Below are positions 46,047 to 55,383 of a stretch of DNA of 64,000 nt, one piece after another. The stretch covers positions 12,872 to 76,871 of the forward strand of contig CAZOOF010000005.1 in the NCBI GenBank assembly GCA_964581365.1, written 5' to 3'. A program made the position numbers and the translations under genes. The stretch is from an uncultured Chromatiales bacterium. Its GTDB lineage: Bacteria > Pseudomonadota > Gammaproteobacteria > SZUA-140. Position 1 is the stretch's first letter; each line of letters starts with the position of its first letter. The notes under the pieces are model-generated. The model saw nothing but the letters and a program-made list of their open reading frames with translations. It made no database searches and was not told the origin of the DNA.

Positions 46047-47312
46047 ATGGAGCACCGCGGGTTCACGCATCGCGTGCTCATGCATTTGCTGGCGGGTATC
46101 GGCGATCCGCCGGTGCAGGTGACGCTGTGGAACGGCGAACGCCACTCTCCGCCTTCCGGTGTCGTGCCCGTGGCGCGGGTGCATATCCGTGACCCTCGGT
46201 CCCTGTGGACTCTGCTACTCGATCCCTGGCTCTACTTCGGAGATCTCTATGCCTGTGGGGATGTGGAGGTCGACGGCGATCTGGTCGCGTTCCTGAGCTG
46301 TGTGTATCGTGCCTCGGCGGCTGCGCGGCAGCGTCGCGGCAGAGGGGGAGTCCTCGGCTGGTGGCTGCATCGGCCACGTTCTACCAGCCTGGGTCGCGCC
46401 CGCGACAACATCCACGCCCACTACGATCTCGGCAACGACTTCTATCGTCTGTGGCTGGATCGCGAGATGGTCTACACCTGTGCCTACTTTCCCCGGCCTG
46501 ATGCCGGACTGGAAGAGGCGCAGATCGCCAAGATGCATCATGTCTGCCGCAAGCTGCGTCTTCGCCCCGGTGATTCGGTGGTCGAGGCTGGCTGTGGCTG
46601 GGGATCGCTCGCGCTCTTCATGGCCCGCCACTACGGCGTACGGGTGCGCGCCTACAATATATCCCGCGAACAGATCGCCTGGGCCCGCGCACGGGCAAAG
46701 GACGAGGGCCTGGCCGACCGGGTCGAGTTCGTGGAGGATGACTATCGCAACATCAGCGGAAGCTACGACGCGTTCGTCTCTGTCGGCATGCTCGAGCATG
46801 TCGGCATCCGCTACTATCCGGAACTCGGGGGTGTGATCGATCGGGTGTTGCGCGAGCACGGTCGTGGCTTCATTCACACCATTGGGAGGGCCAGACCGGG
46901 GCAGATGAACGCCTGGATCGAACGCCGGATATTCCCGGGCGCGTGCCCGCCCAGTCTCGACCAGATGATGGACATCCTCGAACCGTACCGCTTCGCGGTG
47001 CTCGATGTGGAGAATCTCCGTCTGCATTACGCCCGCACTCTCGGGCACTGGCTGGCGCGCTTCGACGGCGCCACCGACGAGGTCCGGCACATGTTCGATG
47101 AAACCTTCGTACGCTCTTGGCGGCTCTATCTGTGCGGCTCCATCGCCGCTTTCCTGACTGGCGAACTGCAACTCTTCCAGGTCGCATTCAATCGGGCCAG
47201 CAACAATGAGGTACCCTGGACCCGGGAGCATCTGTACGCCAGGTTTGTTCCCGGCGAGACGACGGTGTCCGGGCAGCAGATCGCGCGCCCGGCGGCAAAC
47301 AGTGGTGACTGA
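46047..47312 (+). CDS. cfa: Cyclopropane-fatty-acyl-phospholipid synthase family SAM methyltransferase
   Basis: DNIHAHYDLGNDFYRLWLD..MVYTCAYF, VVEAGCGWGSLALFMARHYG, GMLEHVG and the C-terminal CFAS-family region. The start could be further upstream (45918 or 45963). Confidence 0.85.
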   Translation: MEHRGFTHRVLMHLLAGIGDPPVQVTLWNGERHSPPSGVVPVARVHIRDPRSLWTLLLDPWLYFGDLYACGDVEVDGDLVAFLSCVYRASAAARQRRGRGGVLGWWLHRPRSTSLGRARDNIHAHYDLGNDFYRLWLDREMVYTCAYFPRPDAGLEEAQIAKMHHVCRKLRLRPGDSVVEAGCGWGSLALFMARHYGVRVRAYNISREQIAWARARAKDEGLADRVEFVEDDYRNISGSYDAFVSVGMLEHVGIRYYPELGGVIDRVLREHGRGFIHTIGRARPGQMNAWIERRIFPGACPPSLDQMMDILEPYRFAVLDVENLRLHYARTLGHWLARFDGATDEVRHMFDETFVRSWRLYLCGSIAAFLTGELQLFQVAFNRASNNEVPWTREHLYARFVPGETTVSGQQIARPAANSGD

Positions 47313-47313
47313 A

Positions 47314-48456
47314 ATGGCGTCCAGCGCCTGCGATGTGCTGATCATTGGCGGTGGTCCGGCCGGCTCGAGTTGCGCCGCCAGGCTGCGCGCCGGTGGACTC
47401 GACGTGGTCGTCATGGACCGCCAGACCTTTCCCAGGGACAAGGTGTGCGCCGGCTGGATCACCCCAGCCGTGGTCGAGACCGTGGGTCTCGATATCGATG
47501 ACTACCGGCGCGAGCGCGTCTTTCAGCCGATTACCGGCTTCGTTACCGGCATGGAAGGGAAGAAGTCCCGGGTCATCGATTATGGCAGGGAGGTGAGCTA
47601 CGGCATCCGCCGTTGCGAGTTCGATCACTACCTGCTGACGCACTCCGGCGCGCGTCTGCTGCTCGGTCATTCGCTGGACTCCCTGGAGCGCCGCGCGGAT
47701 CGCTGGATCGTTAATGGCGCGCTGGAAGCAAAGCTGCTGATCGGCGCAGGCGGACACTTCTGCCCGGTCGCGCGACACCTGGGCGCCCGCCCGGGGCGCA
47801 GCGAGCTCGCGGTGACTGCTCAGGAAATCGAGGTCCGTCTGAATGCGGACGAGCAGCGCGCGTGTCGTGTCCGCCCCGAGTTTCCCGAAATCCATTTCTG
47901 CGCCGACTTGAAGGGTTACGGCTGGTGCTTCCGCAAGGGGGATTGGCTGAACATTGGACTCGGCCGCGAGGGCGGGGACCGGCTGTCCAGTCATGTGGCG
48001 GCCTTCCGCGCCCGCCTGATCGCTGAAGGACGCATTCCGCACAGCGTGCCGGAGCAGTTTAACGGCCACGCCTATCTGCTCTATTCGAGCGCCCGGCGGC
48101 GCGTCGTGGACGATGGCGTCATGCTGATCGGGGACGCTGCCGGACTGGCCTATCCGCAGAGCGGCGAGGGGATCAGGCCGGCGATCGAATCGGGAATATT
48201 GGCCGCCGAAACTGTGCTTGGCAGCAGAACCGGACGCTACGGACTGCGGGATCTGGAACCCTATGCCGCCGCCCTGGAGCGGCGCTTCGGCGCCCGCGCG
48301 GCGCAGCGTCGTTTGTCTCTTCCCCCCGCGCTCATGCACAGGCTGGGTGGGTGGCTCCTCGGCAATCAGTGGTTCTCGCGCCGGATCGTCCTCGATCGCT
48401 GGTTCCTGCACGCGCACGAGAAGGCCCTGGCCGGGATGCCCGCAGCGGAACGATGA
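47314..48456 (+). CDS. FAD-dependent oxidoreductase of the geranylgeranyl-reductase family
   Basis: ATG 1 nt after the cfa stop. FAD fingerprint CDVLIIGGGPAGSSCAARLRAGGLDVVVMDR, GD motif VMLIGDAAGL and the overall GGR-family layout. Confidence 0.8.
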   Translation: MASSACDVLIIGGGPAGSSCAARLRAGGLDVVVMDRQTFPRDKVCAGWITPAVVETVGLDIDDYRRERVFQPITGFVTGMEGKKSRVIDYGREVSYGIRRCEFDHYLLTHSGARLLLGHSLDSLERRADRWIVNGALEAKLLIGAGGHFCPVARHLGARPGRSELAVTAQEIEVRLNADEQRACRVRPEFPEIHFCADLKGYGWCFRKGDWLNIGLGREGGDRLSSHVAAFRARLIAEGRIPHSVPEQFNGHAYLLYSSARRRVVDDGVMLIGDAAGLAYPQSGEGIRPAIESGILAAETVLGSRTGRYGLRDLEPYAAALERRFGARAAQRRLSLPPALMHRLGGWLLGNQWFSRRIVLDRWFLHAHEKALAGMPAAER

Positions 48457-48531
48457 AGGCTGTGGCGATCGCGCCATCAGCCTGCTCGTGAATAAGTGAG
48501 TCGCGGACGGGGTGCCCGGTCCGCGCTTTCT

Positions 48532-49341
48532 TCAGCCTGCCGAACGGCGCTGTTCGAAGAGTTCGATACGCTCGGCCGCCGGCCGGGCGATCTCCGCTAC
48601 CGTGATCCCGACCACCGCCGCCTTCCCCGGCGTGGCCGGATCACGTTTCGCGGCGGCTGTGGCATGGGCCTGACGATGCCTGAGGAGAATCTTTTCACGG
48701 GCCCGATCGTAGGAGTCGCGATCGATCTGTCCTGCTTCGAACAGCCGTCGATGCTCGACCAGCTCGGCGCCGAGGCGGCGATGGGCATGATCGCGATGCG
48801 CGGTCTGGATGCGATGCAGCAGGGCACGCATGAAATCGCGGAACTCTGCGCGTGAGGGTGAATTGTTGGCGAGTTCGAGCAGCATGGCGTCGCCATGGCG
48901 GCTGTGAAAGCGAACCAGGTTCTGATAGCGCTGGAAGAATACGAACAGCGACAGGAGTGCGCCATTCAGCAGCAGAATCGTTCCGGGCATCCATGCCTGC
49001 TGATGCCACGGTGTCGGCGACCAGAAGCTGGCGGCGAGCAGCATGGCGGTGGCCCCGGCCAGCCCGATAGCCAGGTACAGCCAGCGCCGATCGGCAATCG
49101 TCACCAGATGCGGCGTGGGGTCCAGATAGGCGAGGTTCAGCCAGTAGCGCTGCGAGCGGCGGAAGGGGCGTTTGCGGTGCACCGAAATGAACTGGCCGTT
49201 GAACAGCGTGTAGTGTGCGGACTGCAGGCGTGCATGGCTGATCTGAAACAGTTCGACGAGTTCTTCCGGCTCGGCGCCGCGCGCGGCCGTTTCACTCGCT
49301 GAGTCCTTGCTCCTGGCTGGCGTGATGCTGGGCTGCGACAT
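48532..49341 (-). CDS. Hypothetical membrane protein (two TM helices), last gene of the ATP-grasp/GCS2 operon
   Basis: Trimmed to MSQPSITPARS with GGAGG upstream. Hydrophobic segments LYLAIGLAGATAMLLAASF and GTILLLNGALLSLFVFF, and a basic or His-rich C-terminal half. Confidence 0.5.
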   Translation of the reverse strand: MSQPSITPARSKDSASETAARGAEPEELVELFQISHARLQSAHYTLFNGQFISVHRKRPFRRSQRYWLNLAYLDPTPHLVTIADRRWLYLAIGLAGATAMLLAASFWSPTPWHQQAWMPGTILLLNGALLSLFVFFQRYQNLVRFHSRHGDAMLLELANNSPSRAEFRDFMRALLHRIQTAHRDHAHRRLGAELVEHRRLFEAGQIDRDSYDRAREKILLRHRQAHATAAAKRDPATPGKAAVVGITVAEIARPAAERIELFEQRRSAG

Positions 49342-49390
49342 CGGACCTCCTTGGTGTCTGCTACCGATGTTCCTATTATTGCCAGCGGCT

Positions 49391-50098
49391 TCAGAGCTTC
49401 TGTGATCGGGTCGCCAATTTGGTGACAGAGCGCAGTGCATCGGCGATGGTTTGCATGAATTGCCTGCGCGGCCGGGGCAAAAGCCCCTGATTGATTTCCA
49501 GTTCGATGCCGAGATAACTCCTGGCCGAAAAGCGGCGGCGCAGATGCGTGGTCAGCCCGTCGGCATCGCCGCGATATGGATAGTTGCGGCGTACTCGCAG
49601 CGAAGCGTCATGCGCGGCGAGCGCCGCCTGCCAGGCGCTGCACAGGCGGCGCTCGCCGGTTCTTGCCGGGTCGTAGAGCAGGCCAATGTCGGCATTGCGC
49701 TCTCTTCCATCGAGCACGGGGGTGAAGCTGTGTACCGCCACGTGCAATACCCTGCGGCCGCGGCGGGCATGCTGCGCGATCCAGGTTTCGACTTTTTCTC
49801 GGTGAGGGAGGTAGTGCCGCGAGAGGATGAGTTCGCGCTCCCCCGCCGCGAGCTCGCGGGTGAACCCGGAGAACAGCGCCGGGTGGTGCAGCGAACGGTT
49901 GAGGTCGACCAGAAGACGCGAGATGCGCGCATCGATCAGCGGTGCGCCGAGCAGATGCGAAAGCAGACGCGCCCATTCGAGCGCGCCGGGATCCCAGCCG
50001 CGATGGCTGGCGAGCAGCTCGTCATGGCCAGCGAACAAAGGGCGATAGCGCGCGGGAATCCGGTTGCCGCCATGCTCGCAGCTGAGCAGCAATTGCAT
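49391..50098 (-). CDS. N-formylglutamate-amidohydrolase (FGase, PF05013)-like hydrolase
   Basis: Start MQLLLSCEHGGNRIP..., with RISRLLVDLNRS and VAVHSF motifs. Confidence 0.7.
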   Translation of the reverse strand: MQLLLSCEHGGNRIPARYRPLFAGHDELLASHRGWDPGALEWARLLSHLLGAPLIDARISRLLVDLNRSLHHPALFSGFTRELAAGERELILSRHYLPHREKVETWIAQHARRGRRVLHVAVHSFTPVLDGRERNADIGLLYDPARTGERRLCSAWQAALAAHDASLRVRRNYPYRGDADGLTTHLRRRFSARSYLGIELEINQGLLPRPRRQFMQTIADALRSVTKLATRSQKL

Positions 50099-50112
50099 CG
50101 GGCTACGACGGC

Positions 50113-51387
50113 TCAGCCGGCGACGAACGACTCGCCGCGATCGAGGCAGTGGCACAGACGCTCATAGACCCGGTGAAGCGCCTCTTGGGGTGGGGATTCC
50201 GCCCCTGCGCCGGTCTCCTGCGCGAGGGCGCGGGTGATGCGCCGCGCCAGCGTGCCCTGATCGAGGTAGAGACGGTAGATTGCTGCGTCATCCGGCACCG
50301 GATTGGGCAGCAGCGTTTCCTGCAGGTGCTGCCACAGCTCGCGTGCCCGGCAGCGGCCGCGCTCGGGGAAACCGAAAACGCGCGGCAGCAGGCGGTCTGC
50401 GATCACCGCATCTTCGGCGTCGCGCACACAGAGCTCGAATGAGTGGAGCAGGGCGGCGGTATCGACTTCCCGCAGCCGGCGCATGCCATACCAGGCCTCC
50501 TCGGCCAGGGCCTGGACCACGGCGACGATCAGGCGGGCGAACGCAAGGTCCGCCGCCGGCATTTCCTGCGTGTCGAGCACGCGGATTTCGATTGTGTCCC
50601 GATCGAAGCGGGCGATCGCTCCGCGCGCGTTCACCCATTCGTGGCGCAGAATGGCGTCGGGATCATGCGGAGCCAGATCGTGGTAGATGCGGCCGAGCAG
50701 TTCCTTCTCGTAGTCCGCCCGCGTATATATCGGTTCCGGCACCACCATCCCGGTGACCGAGGGAATGCGGCGGGCGTTGTAGCGATAGACCTCCAGGCGG
50801 TTGTCGAGCGTCCCGGTGAGCCGGCCATCCATCAGGGGCGAGCTGGCGGCGAGCGCGGGAAGCAGCGGTAGAGTCGTCCTGATTGCTGCGTGAAGCCGGG
50901 AGAACTCTTCATCGCCGCGGAAAGGAAGGTTGATATGCAGGCTCTGCAGGTTGGACCAACCATGTCCGCGACAGTCGAAGATCCGGTTGAAGGCTTCGTA
51001 TACCGGGCTGTGCGCATGGGGCCACAGCCGGGTTTCGCGCGCCGGATCCATCCATGGGTGCATCGCTGTCGGCATCAGCCGGCCGCCGGCGTCGCGCAGC
51101 AGCGCATTGATACGGGCGACGTCGGTTTGAAAGGCGGTCTCCAGACCGCCGAGCTTGGCCGCCGGTCCGTTGGTCTTCAGCTCGATGACGTGCAATGCCA
51201 GTTCGTTCGACCAGCACAGCGCGCCCGCCTCAACCTCGTCGACATACTCGCCGGCCATGGCGTGCATAACCCGGTCGGTCACCGGCAGTACATCGAGGGT
51301 CTCCGCATCGACGATCATGTATTCGATCTCGATCCCGTATGCCTCGAACAGGCCGATGCCCGCCCGTTCAGCGTGGCCGTCTTTCAC
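50113..51387 (-). CDS. GCS2-family carboxylate-amine ligase (YbdK/glutamate-cysteine-ligase 2 type)
   Basis: IGLFEAYGIEIEYMIVDAETLDVLPV...HVIELKT...LHINLPF...DTIEIRVLD follows the GCS2 fold pattern. Its start overlaps the ATP-grasp stop by about 20 nt. Confidence 0.75.
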   Translation of the reverse strand: MKDGHAERAGIGLFEAYGIEIEYMIVDAETLDVLPVTDRVMHAMAGEYVDEVEAGALCWSNELALHVIELKTNGPAAKLGGLETAFQTDVARINALLRDAGGRLMPTAMHPWMDPARETRLWPHAHSPVYEAFNRIFDCRGHGWSNLQSLHINLPFRGDEEFSRLHAAIRTTLPLLPALAASSPLMDGRLTGTLDNRLEVYRYNARRIPSVTGMVVPEPIYTRADYEKELLGRIYHDLAPHDPDAILRHEWVNARGAIARFDRDTIEIRVLDTQEMPAADLAFARLIVAVVQALAEEAWYGMRRLREVDTAALLHSFELCVRDAEDAVIADRLLPRVFGFPERGRCRARELWQHLQETLLPNPVPDDAAIYRLYLDQGTLARRITRALAQETGAGAESPPQEALHRVYERLCHCLDRGESFVAG

Positions 51388-52837
51388 CCTTGCGCTCCTC
51401 GACGCGGGCCAGCATGCCGCGCATGATCGTCATGTAGAGTTCGTTGCCGATCGCGGCATCTTCGATGCCGTGATCGATATTGGGGTTGTCGTTGACCTCG
51501 ATCACGTAAACACGACCGCCGATCTCCTTGAGGTCGACGCCGTAAAGACCCTTGCCGATGAGATTGGCTGCCTTGAGCGCGGTCGATACGACATGAGCAG
51601 GAACCTGGGGCAGCGGGATGCTCTCGGTCCGGCCCTCGCGGGGGCGTCCCTCGGGACCATGCTGCATGATCTGCCAATGTCCTCCGACCATGTAATACTT
51701 GCAGGCAAAGATCGCCTGGCGATCGAAAACGCCGATGCGCCAGTCGAAGGCGGTGGGCATGAACTCCTGGGCGATGATCAGTTCCGACTTTTCCAGCAGC
51801 CGCGCGGCCTGGGCCAGAAACTCCGGCCGGGTTTCCACCTTGATCACGCCCTGTGAGAAGGCGCTGTCGGGCTGCTTGAGGATGCATGGCAGGGAGAAAC
51901 CGGCGGCCATCGCGCTCATGTTGCCGCGGTTGACGATGGTGGTACGCGGCGCCGGAATACGATGCCGCTGCATCAGCTCGGCGAGATACACCTTGTTGGT
52001 GCATTTCAGAATCGAGCCGGGATCATCGATCACCACCAGTCCCTCAGCCTTGGCGCGCCGCGCGAAGCGATAGGTGTGGTGGTTGACTCCAGTAGTTTCG
52101 CGAATGAACAGCGCGTCGAATTCCGCGATGCGGCCGTAATCGTTCCTGGTGATCAGCTCGACGGCGAAGCCGAGCTGACGCCCCGCCCGAACGAAGCGGC
52201 GCAGCGCGGCGCTGTCGGAAGGCGGCTGCGCCTCATCAGGATTATGGAGGATGGCGAGATCGTAGCGTTCGACCTGAGGTTCCCGGCGCCGCGAGCGCTT
52301 GCCGGAAAAGTACTCGCTCGCCGCTTCGATGACGAAGGACTGGTGATCGTCCGGAATGTCGCTGGCGGCGATCGGTCCGATGCTCTGCAACTGCCATGAG
52401 CGGTTGCGTATGAAGCGGGCGCGCAGCAGCGGCGCCGGAAACAGGTTGAACAGACTGAGCGCAAGCCGGTCATAGCGCCGCGCCAGGTTGCGTCCGAAGT
52501 AGATGCTGAGCACGAACTCCTCGGATTTGATCGGCGCCAGGTTCTTCTGTATCAGCTCGAACAGATCATCGGACACGAAGCGGGTGATGGTCTGGGATTT
52601 CATGTCCTGAATGGTGGCCACGCTCGGCAGAGGCTTGTGTCCGCGTGCCTCGGCGAGCAGGGATACGTAGTAACCCAGGCTCTGATACCGGTACGAGCGT
52701 GACAGATTGAAGACCTTCACTCCGCGCAGGTCCAGAAACCGGGGGTCGGAGAGATACGTCTTGGCGGCGACCACTTCGGCGCCGTGGATTTGCAGCGGCC
52801 AGTCTTCGGGGTTATTGACGACTATGAATATCGACAT
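51368..52837 (-). CDS. RimK-type ATP-grasp amide ligase with a ~250-aa N-terminal extension (RLAN-like domain)
   Basis: Trimmed to MSIFIVVNNPEDW. The C-terminal 300 aa form a RimK/glutathione-synthetase-like ATP-grasp (CILKQPDSAFSQGV..., ELIIAQEFMP..., VYVIEVNDNPN). The N-terminal domain matches the RimK-like ATP-grasp N-terminal layout. Confidence 0.8.
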   Translation of the reverse strand: MSIFIVVNNPEDWPLQIHGAEVVAAKTYLSDPRFLDLRGVKVFNLSRSYRYQSLGYYVSLLAEARGHKPLPSVATIQDMKSQTITRFVSDDLFELIQKNLAPIKSEEFVLSIYFGRNLARRYDRLALSLFNLFPAPLLRARFIRNRSWQLQSIGPIAASDIPDDHQSFVIEAASEYFSGKRSRRREPQVERYDLAILHNPDEAQPPSDSAALRRFVRAGRQLGFAVELITRNDYGRIAEFDALFIRETTGVNHHTYRFARRAKAEGLVVIDDPGSILKCTNKVYLAELMQRHRIPAPRTTIVNRGNMSAMAAGFSLPCILKQPDSAFSQGVIKVETRPEFLAQAARLLEKSELIIAQEFMPTAFDWRIGVFDRQAIFACKYYMVGGHWQIMQHGPEGRPREGRTESIPLPQVPAHVVSTALKAANLIGKGLYGVDLKEIGGRVYVIEVNDNPNIDHGIEDAAIGNELYMTIMRGMLARVEERKGERRPR

Positions 52838-53567
52838 GGCTCTGCGCGTGGTGCCTGGTATGCGCCGGTTCGATGACCAGTAGATTGGCGTCGTGGGTGA
52901 GGACGCCCAGGAGAATCGCGCCGATGACGCGGTCGATGCTGATTTCGTAGCGGTGCCCGGGAGCCATCGGATTGGAGTGCAGCGGATCGATGACCAGGAC
53001 CGAGCGGGTTTCGGCTTCGTAGCCGGCGAGCAGGACGAAGTGGCCGCTCGGATAGCCGCGGATGTCGTCGTAATCGCAGCGCGGTCCATATTCACGCGCG
53101 CAGCGGTAGAGGTAAGTGGCGCTCAGTCCGGTGAGCAGGGGAATCCCGCGCTTCAGGTAGCGGCGGATGAGTCCGGTGGTGAGGTCCTCGAAGCGCAGGC
53201 GCCCGCCAGCGGCGAGAAAGCGGTCATAGCCTTCAGTGGCGATGGCGAACTCCGGGCTGTTCTTCGCTTCCACCTGTCGCTGCATCCGCTGTGCGATGTC
53301 CGCTACGCTGCCGCTCTCGTCGAACCAGGTCGGGTCGAACATCTCCAGGTTATAGGTGTAAATCGTCGCCCGATAACCTCGCTCCAGCGCATGCGTGGCG
53401 AGAAACACCGCCAGGGTCCCGCCATGATCGAGGCGCTGGATGCCGTTGATCACCTGGTCGAGCGGCATTTCGTCCTGATAATACCGGTAAACAGCGTGCA
53501 GGCAGGTGGGGCCGCAGGTGGTTTCGTCGGGCTGGGGAAGAATGTCTATCGCCAGGGGGCTTGCCAT
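52812..53567 (-). CDS. Papain-fold cysteine peptidase, C39-like, first gene of the operon
   Basis: ILPQPDETTCGPTCLHAVYRYY resembles the Q...CG(P/A)xxL active-site stretch of C39/C39-like peptidases. A downstream His (GHFVLLAGY) fits the catalytic dyad. Its stop overlaps the ATP-grasp start. Confidence 0.55.
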   Translation of the reverse strand: MASPLAIDILPQPDETTCGPTCLHAVYRYYQDEMPLDQVINGIQRLDHGGTLAVFLATHALERGYRATIYTYNLEMFDPTWFDESGSVADIAQRMQRQVEAKNSPEFAIATEGYDRFLAAGGRLRFEDLTTGLIRRYLKRGIPLLTGLSATYLYRCAREYGPRCDYDDIRGYPSGHFVLLAGYEAETRSVLVIDPLHSNPMAPGHRYEISIDRVIGAILLGVLTHDANLLVIEPAHTRHHAQSHVDIHSRQ

Positions 53568-53831
53568 GGCGCGAATGATACAGATCGTTTGTTCACGCGA
53601 ACAGGGGCGGCAAGGGGGCTGGCCGGGGCTGCGTCGGCGCGGAACTGTCCCGCGAACGGTGGCCGGGTGGGGGCGGTACGGAGCGTGTGATGAACATGTT
53701 GGCGGCTCCTCCGGACGCTGCTAGACTGAACGCGGCGTTGACTGTTTGCGCCATCTGGAATATGGACGCCACTGGGATGTGGAAGACGGTACCGGCATTG
53801 CTCGTACGTTTTTCAAGTGAGGGGTGGTTCT

Positions 53832-54038
53832 ATGTCGACAGGCAAGGTGAAGTGGTTCAACCAATCGAAGGGTTACGGCTTCATTACCCCGGATGACGGG
53901 GGTAAGGACGTATTCGTTCATTATTCGGCCATCAGACTCGATGGCTTCAAGACGCTCATGGAAGGTCAGAGCGTGACCTTCGACACGGAAGATACGGCGA
54001 AGGGGATTCAGGCCACCAACGTCATTCCCGCACAATAG
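53832..54038 (+). CDS. Cold-shock protein (CspA family), second copy
   Basis: [34 protein letters not shown] with GAGGGGTGG upstream. Confidence 0.9.
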   Translation: MSTGKVKWFNQSKGYGFITPDDGGKDVFVHYSAIRLDGFKTLMEGQSVTFDTEDTAKGIQATNVIPAQ

Positions 54039-54069
54039 CGGCAAGGAGCCTGCGCGGGAGTGTGACCGT

Positions 54070-54100
54070 AGCGGCGCCGGCCCGCGCGGGCGCCTTCTTG
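54070..54100. terminator. GC-rich hairpin + TTCTTG downstream of cspA (possible bidirectional terminator)
   Basis: GGCGCCGGCCCGCGCGGGCGCC forms an imperfect palindrome followed by TTCTT. It lies between convergent cspA and the M42-like gene. Confidence 0.35.
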
Positions 54101-54110
54101 AGCCGCCTCG

Positions 54111-55274
54111 TCAGGACGAGAGCAGCTTCCTCGATCTGACCAGGTTCCTGCGCAGCCTGGCACGTTGCATGGCCCAGGGTTCGGACCAGTTCGACCCCGG
54201 GCGCGCCAGCGCTGCGCACAGTTTTACCAGCGCCTCCGCATCATGACGACTGACGAACTCCGGGGCCGGTCCGCCGGGCGCCTTGACGTCGTCGCCGCCA
54301 TCCAGACCTTGGTTATGATAGTTGCCCAGCGGCACCGATATCCCCGCTGCTGGTACACCCCAGGCCGTCATTGCCGTTGCCTCGCAGGATCCGCCATCCA
54401 TCACTCTTCGTTGATGCTGCGCCAGGCTGCGCCTGGCGATCTGGCTTAGCGTCTCCAGGATGGTGGGGTCGAACACCGTGCGGCGGTCGCCGAGCCGTAC
54501 CACGGGTCCCTTGCCGATCTCGGCTCCGGGCAGGGTGCGGGATGCTTCGAGGCTGATCGCCAGCACCGGCCGACGGCGCTCCTGCAGCCAGCCCAGCTCC
54601 AGATGCGCGACAGCGCCGACGAAGCCGACCTCTTCAGCGCGGGTGAGCAGGCCGATGAACGGCGCGCCCGAGTCGCGTCCGCCGCGCCACACAGTGAGCG
54701 CGGTCTCGACAATGGCATGGACGCCGACCAGGTCATCCGCTGCCGGGCAGTAGATGCGCTCGCCCGATTCCCACACCGGAGCGCGAAACCCGAAACCGCC
54801 GTAGACGGCCTGTGCCTTTGGTTGCGGATTGAGCGGCCCGTCCAGTCGGATCTCGGCGGTATCCATCGCCCAGCCGCCCTCCCGGATGGTGGGCCGTTGC
54901 AGTCTGCCGCTCGCGATCACGCCTTCATCGGTCACCAGCCGCGTGCGCGCGCCCGTGAGATGGCGCACCGGTGAACCGCCGTGCCAGCGCACGGCCAGGC
55001 GATCGGGGCCGAGCCAGCGGACGCCGTGGAATCCAGGATGATCCATGTGCGCGATGAACAATCGCAGCGGCTCATCATCTTTCCTGCGCAGCAGGCGCCG
55101 GTAGGCGGCGGCTGAAGCCGCGCCGACCACCAGATTGCCGGCGGGGTCCTCGAAGTGCGGTACCCCGCGCCGCTCCAGGATGGCAGCGACATGCGCCGCG
55201 ACATGCGTTTCGCGAAATGGCGCGGTCGGCTGCGACAGCAGCTGCAGCAGACGTTTGTGTCGTACCTTGCTCAT
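54111..55274 (-). CDS. M42-family (FrvX/glutamyl-aminopeptidase-like) metallopeptidase homolog
   Basis: [10 protein letters not shown] (compare AHMDEIG) and [13 protein letters not shown] (compare EEVGLRGA). The start is ambiguous (55274 or 55313), and the 5' end of the track ORF is non-coding. Confidence 0.55.
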   Translation of the reverse strand: MSKVRHKRLLQLLSQPTAPFRETHVAAHVAAILERRGVPHFEDPAGNLVVGAASAAAYRRLLRRKDDEPLRLFIAHMDHPGFHGVRWLGPDRLAVRWHGGSPVRHLTGARTRLVTDEGVIASGRLQRPTIREGGWAMDTAEIRLDGPLNPQPKAQAVYGGFGFRAPVWESGERIYCPAADDLVGVHAIVETALTVWRGGRDSGAPFIGLLTRAEEVGFVGAVAHLELGWLQERRRPVLAISLEASRTLPGAEIGKGPVVRLGDRRTVFDPTILETLSQIARRSLAQHQRRVMDGGSCEATAMTAWGVPAAGISVPLGNYHNQGLDGGDDVKAPGGPAPEFVSRHDAEALVKLCAALARPGSNWSEPWAMQRARLRRNLVRSRKLLSS

Positions 55275-55383
55275 TGCGCCCACTTTACCAGAACGGGCGC
55301 GCACCGCGCTCATCGGACCGGTCTTTCGCAATCTGCTCTCGGCCGCGTCTTTGCGGACACGATGTGCCGCGCTAGGATTGGGC

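Noticed and set aside
46215-48477. 415-aa and 429-aa minus-strand ORFs
   Set aside because: Antisense to the cfa-like and FAD-reductase genes.
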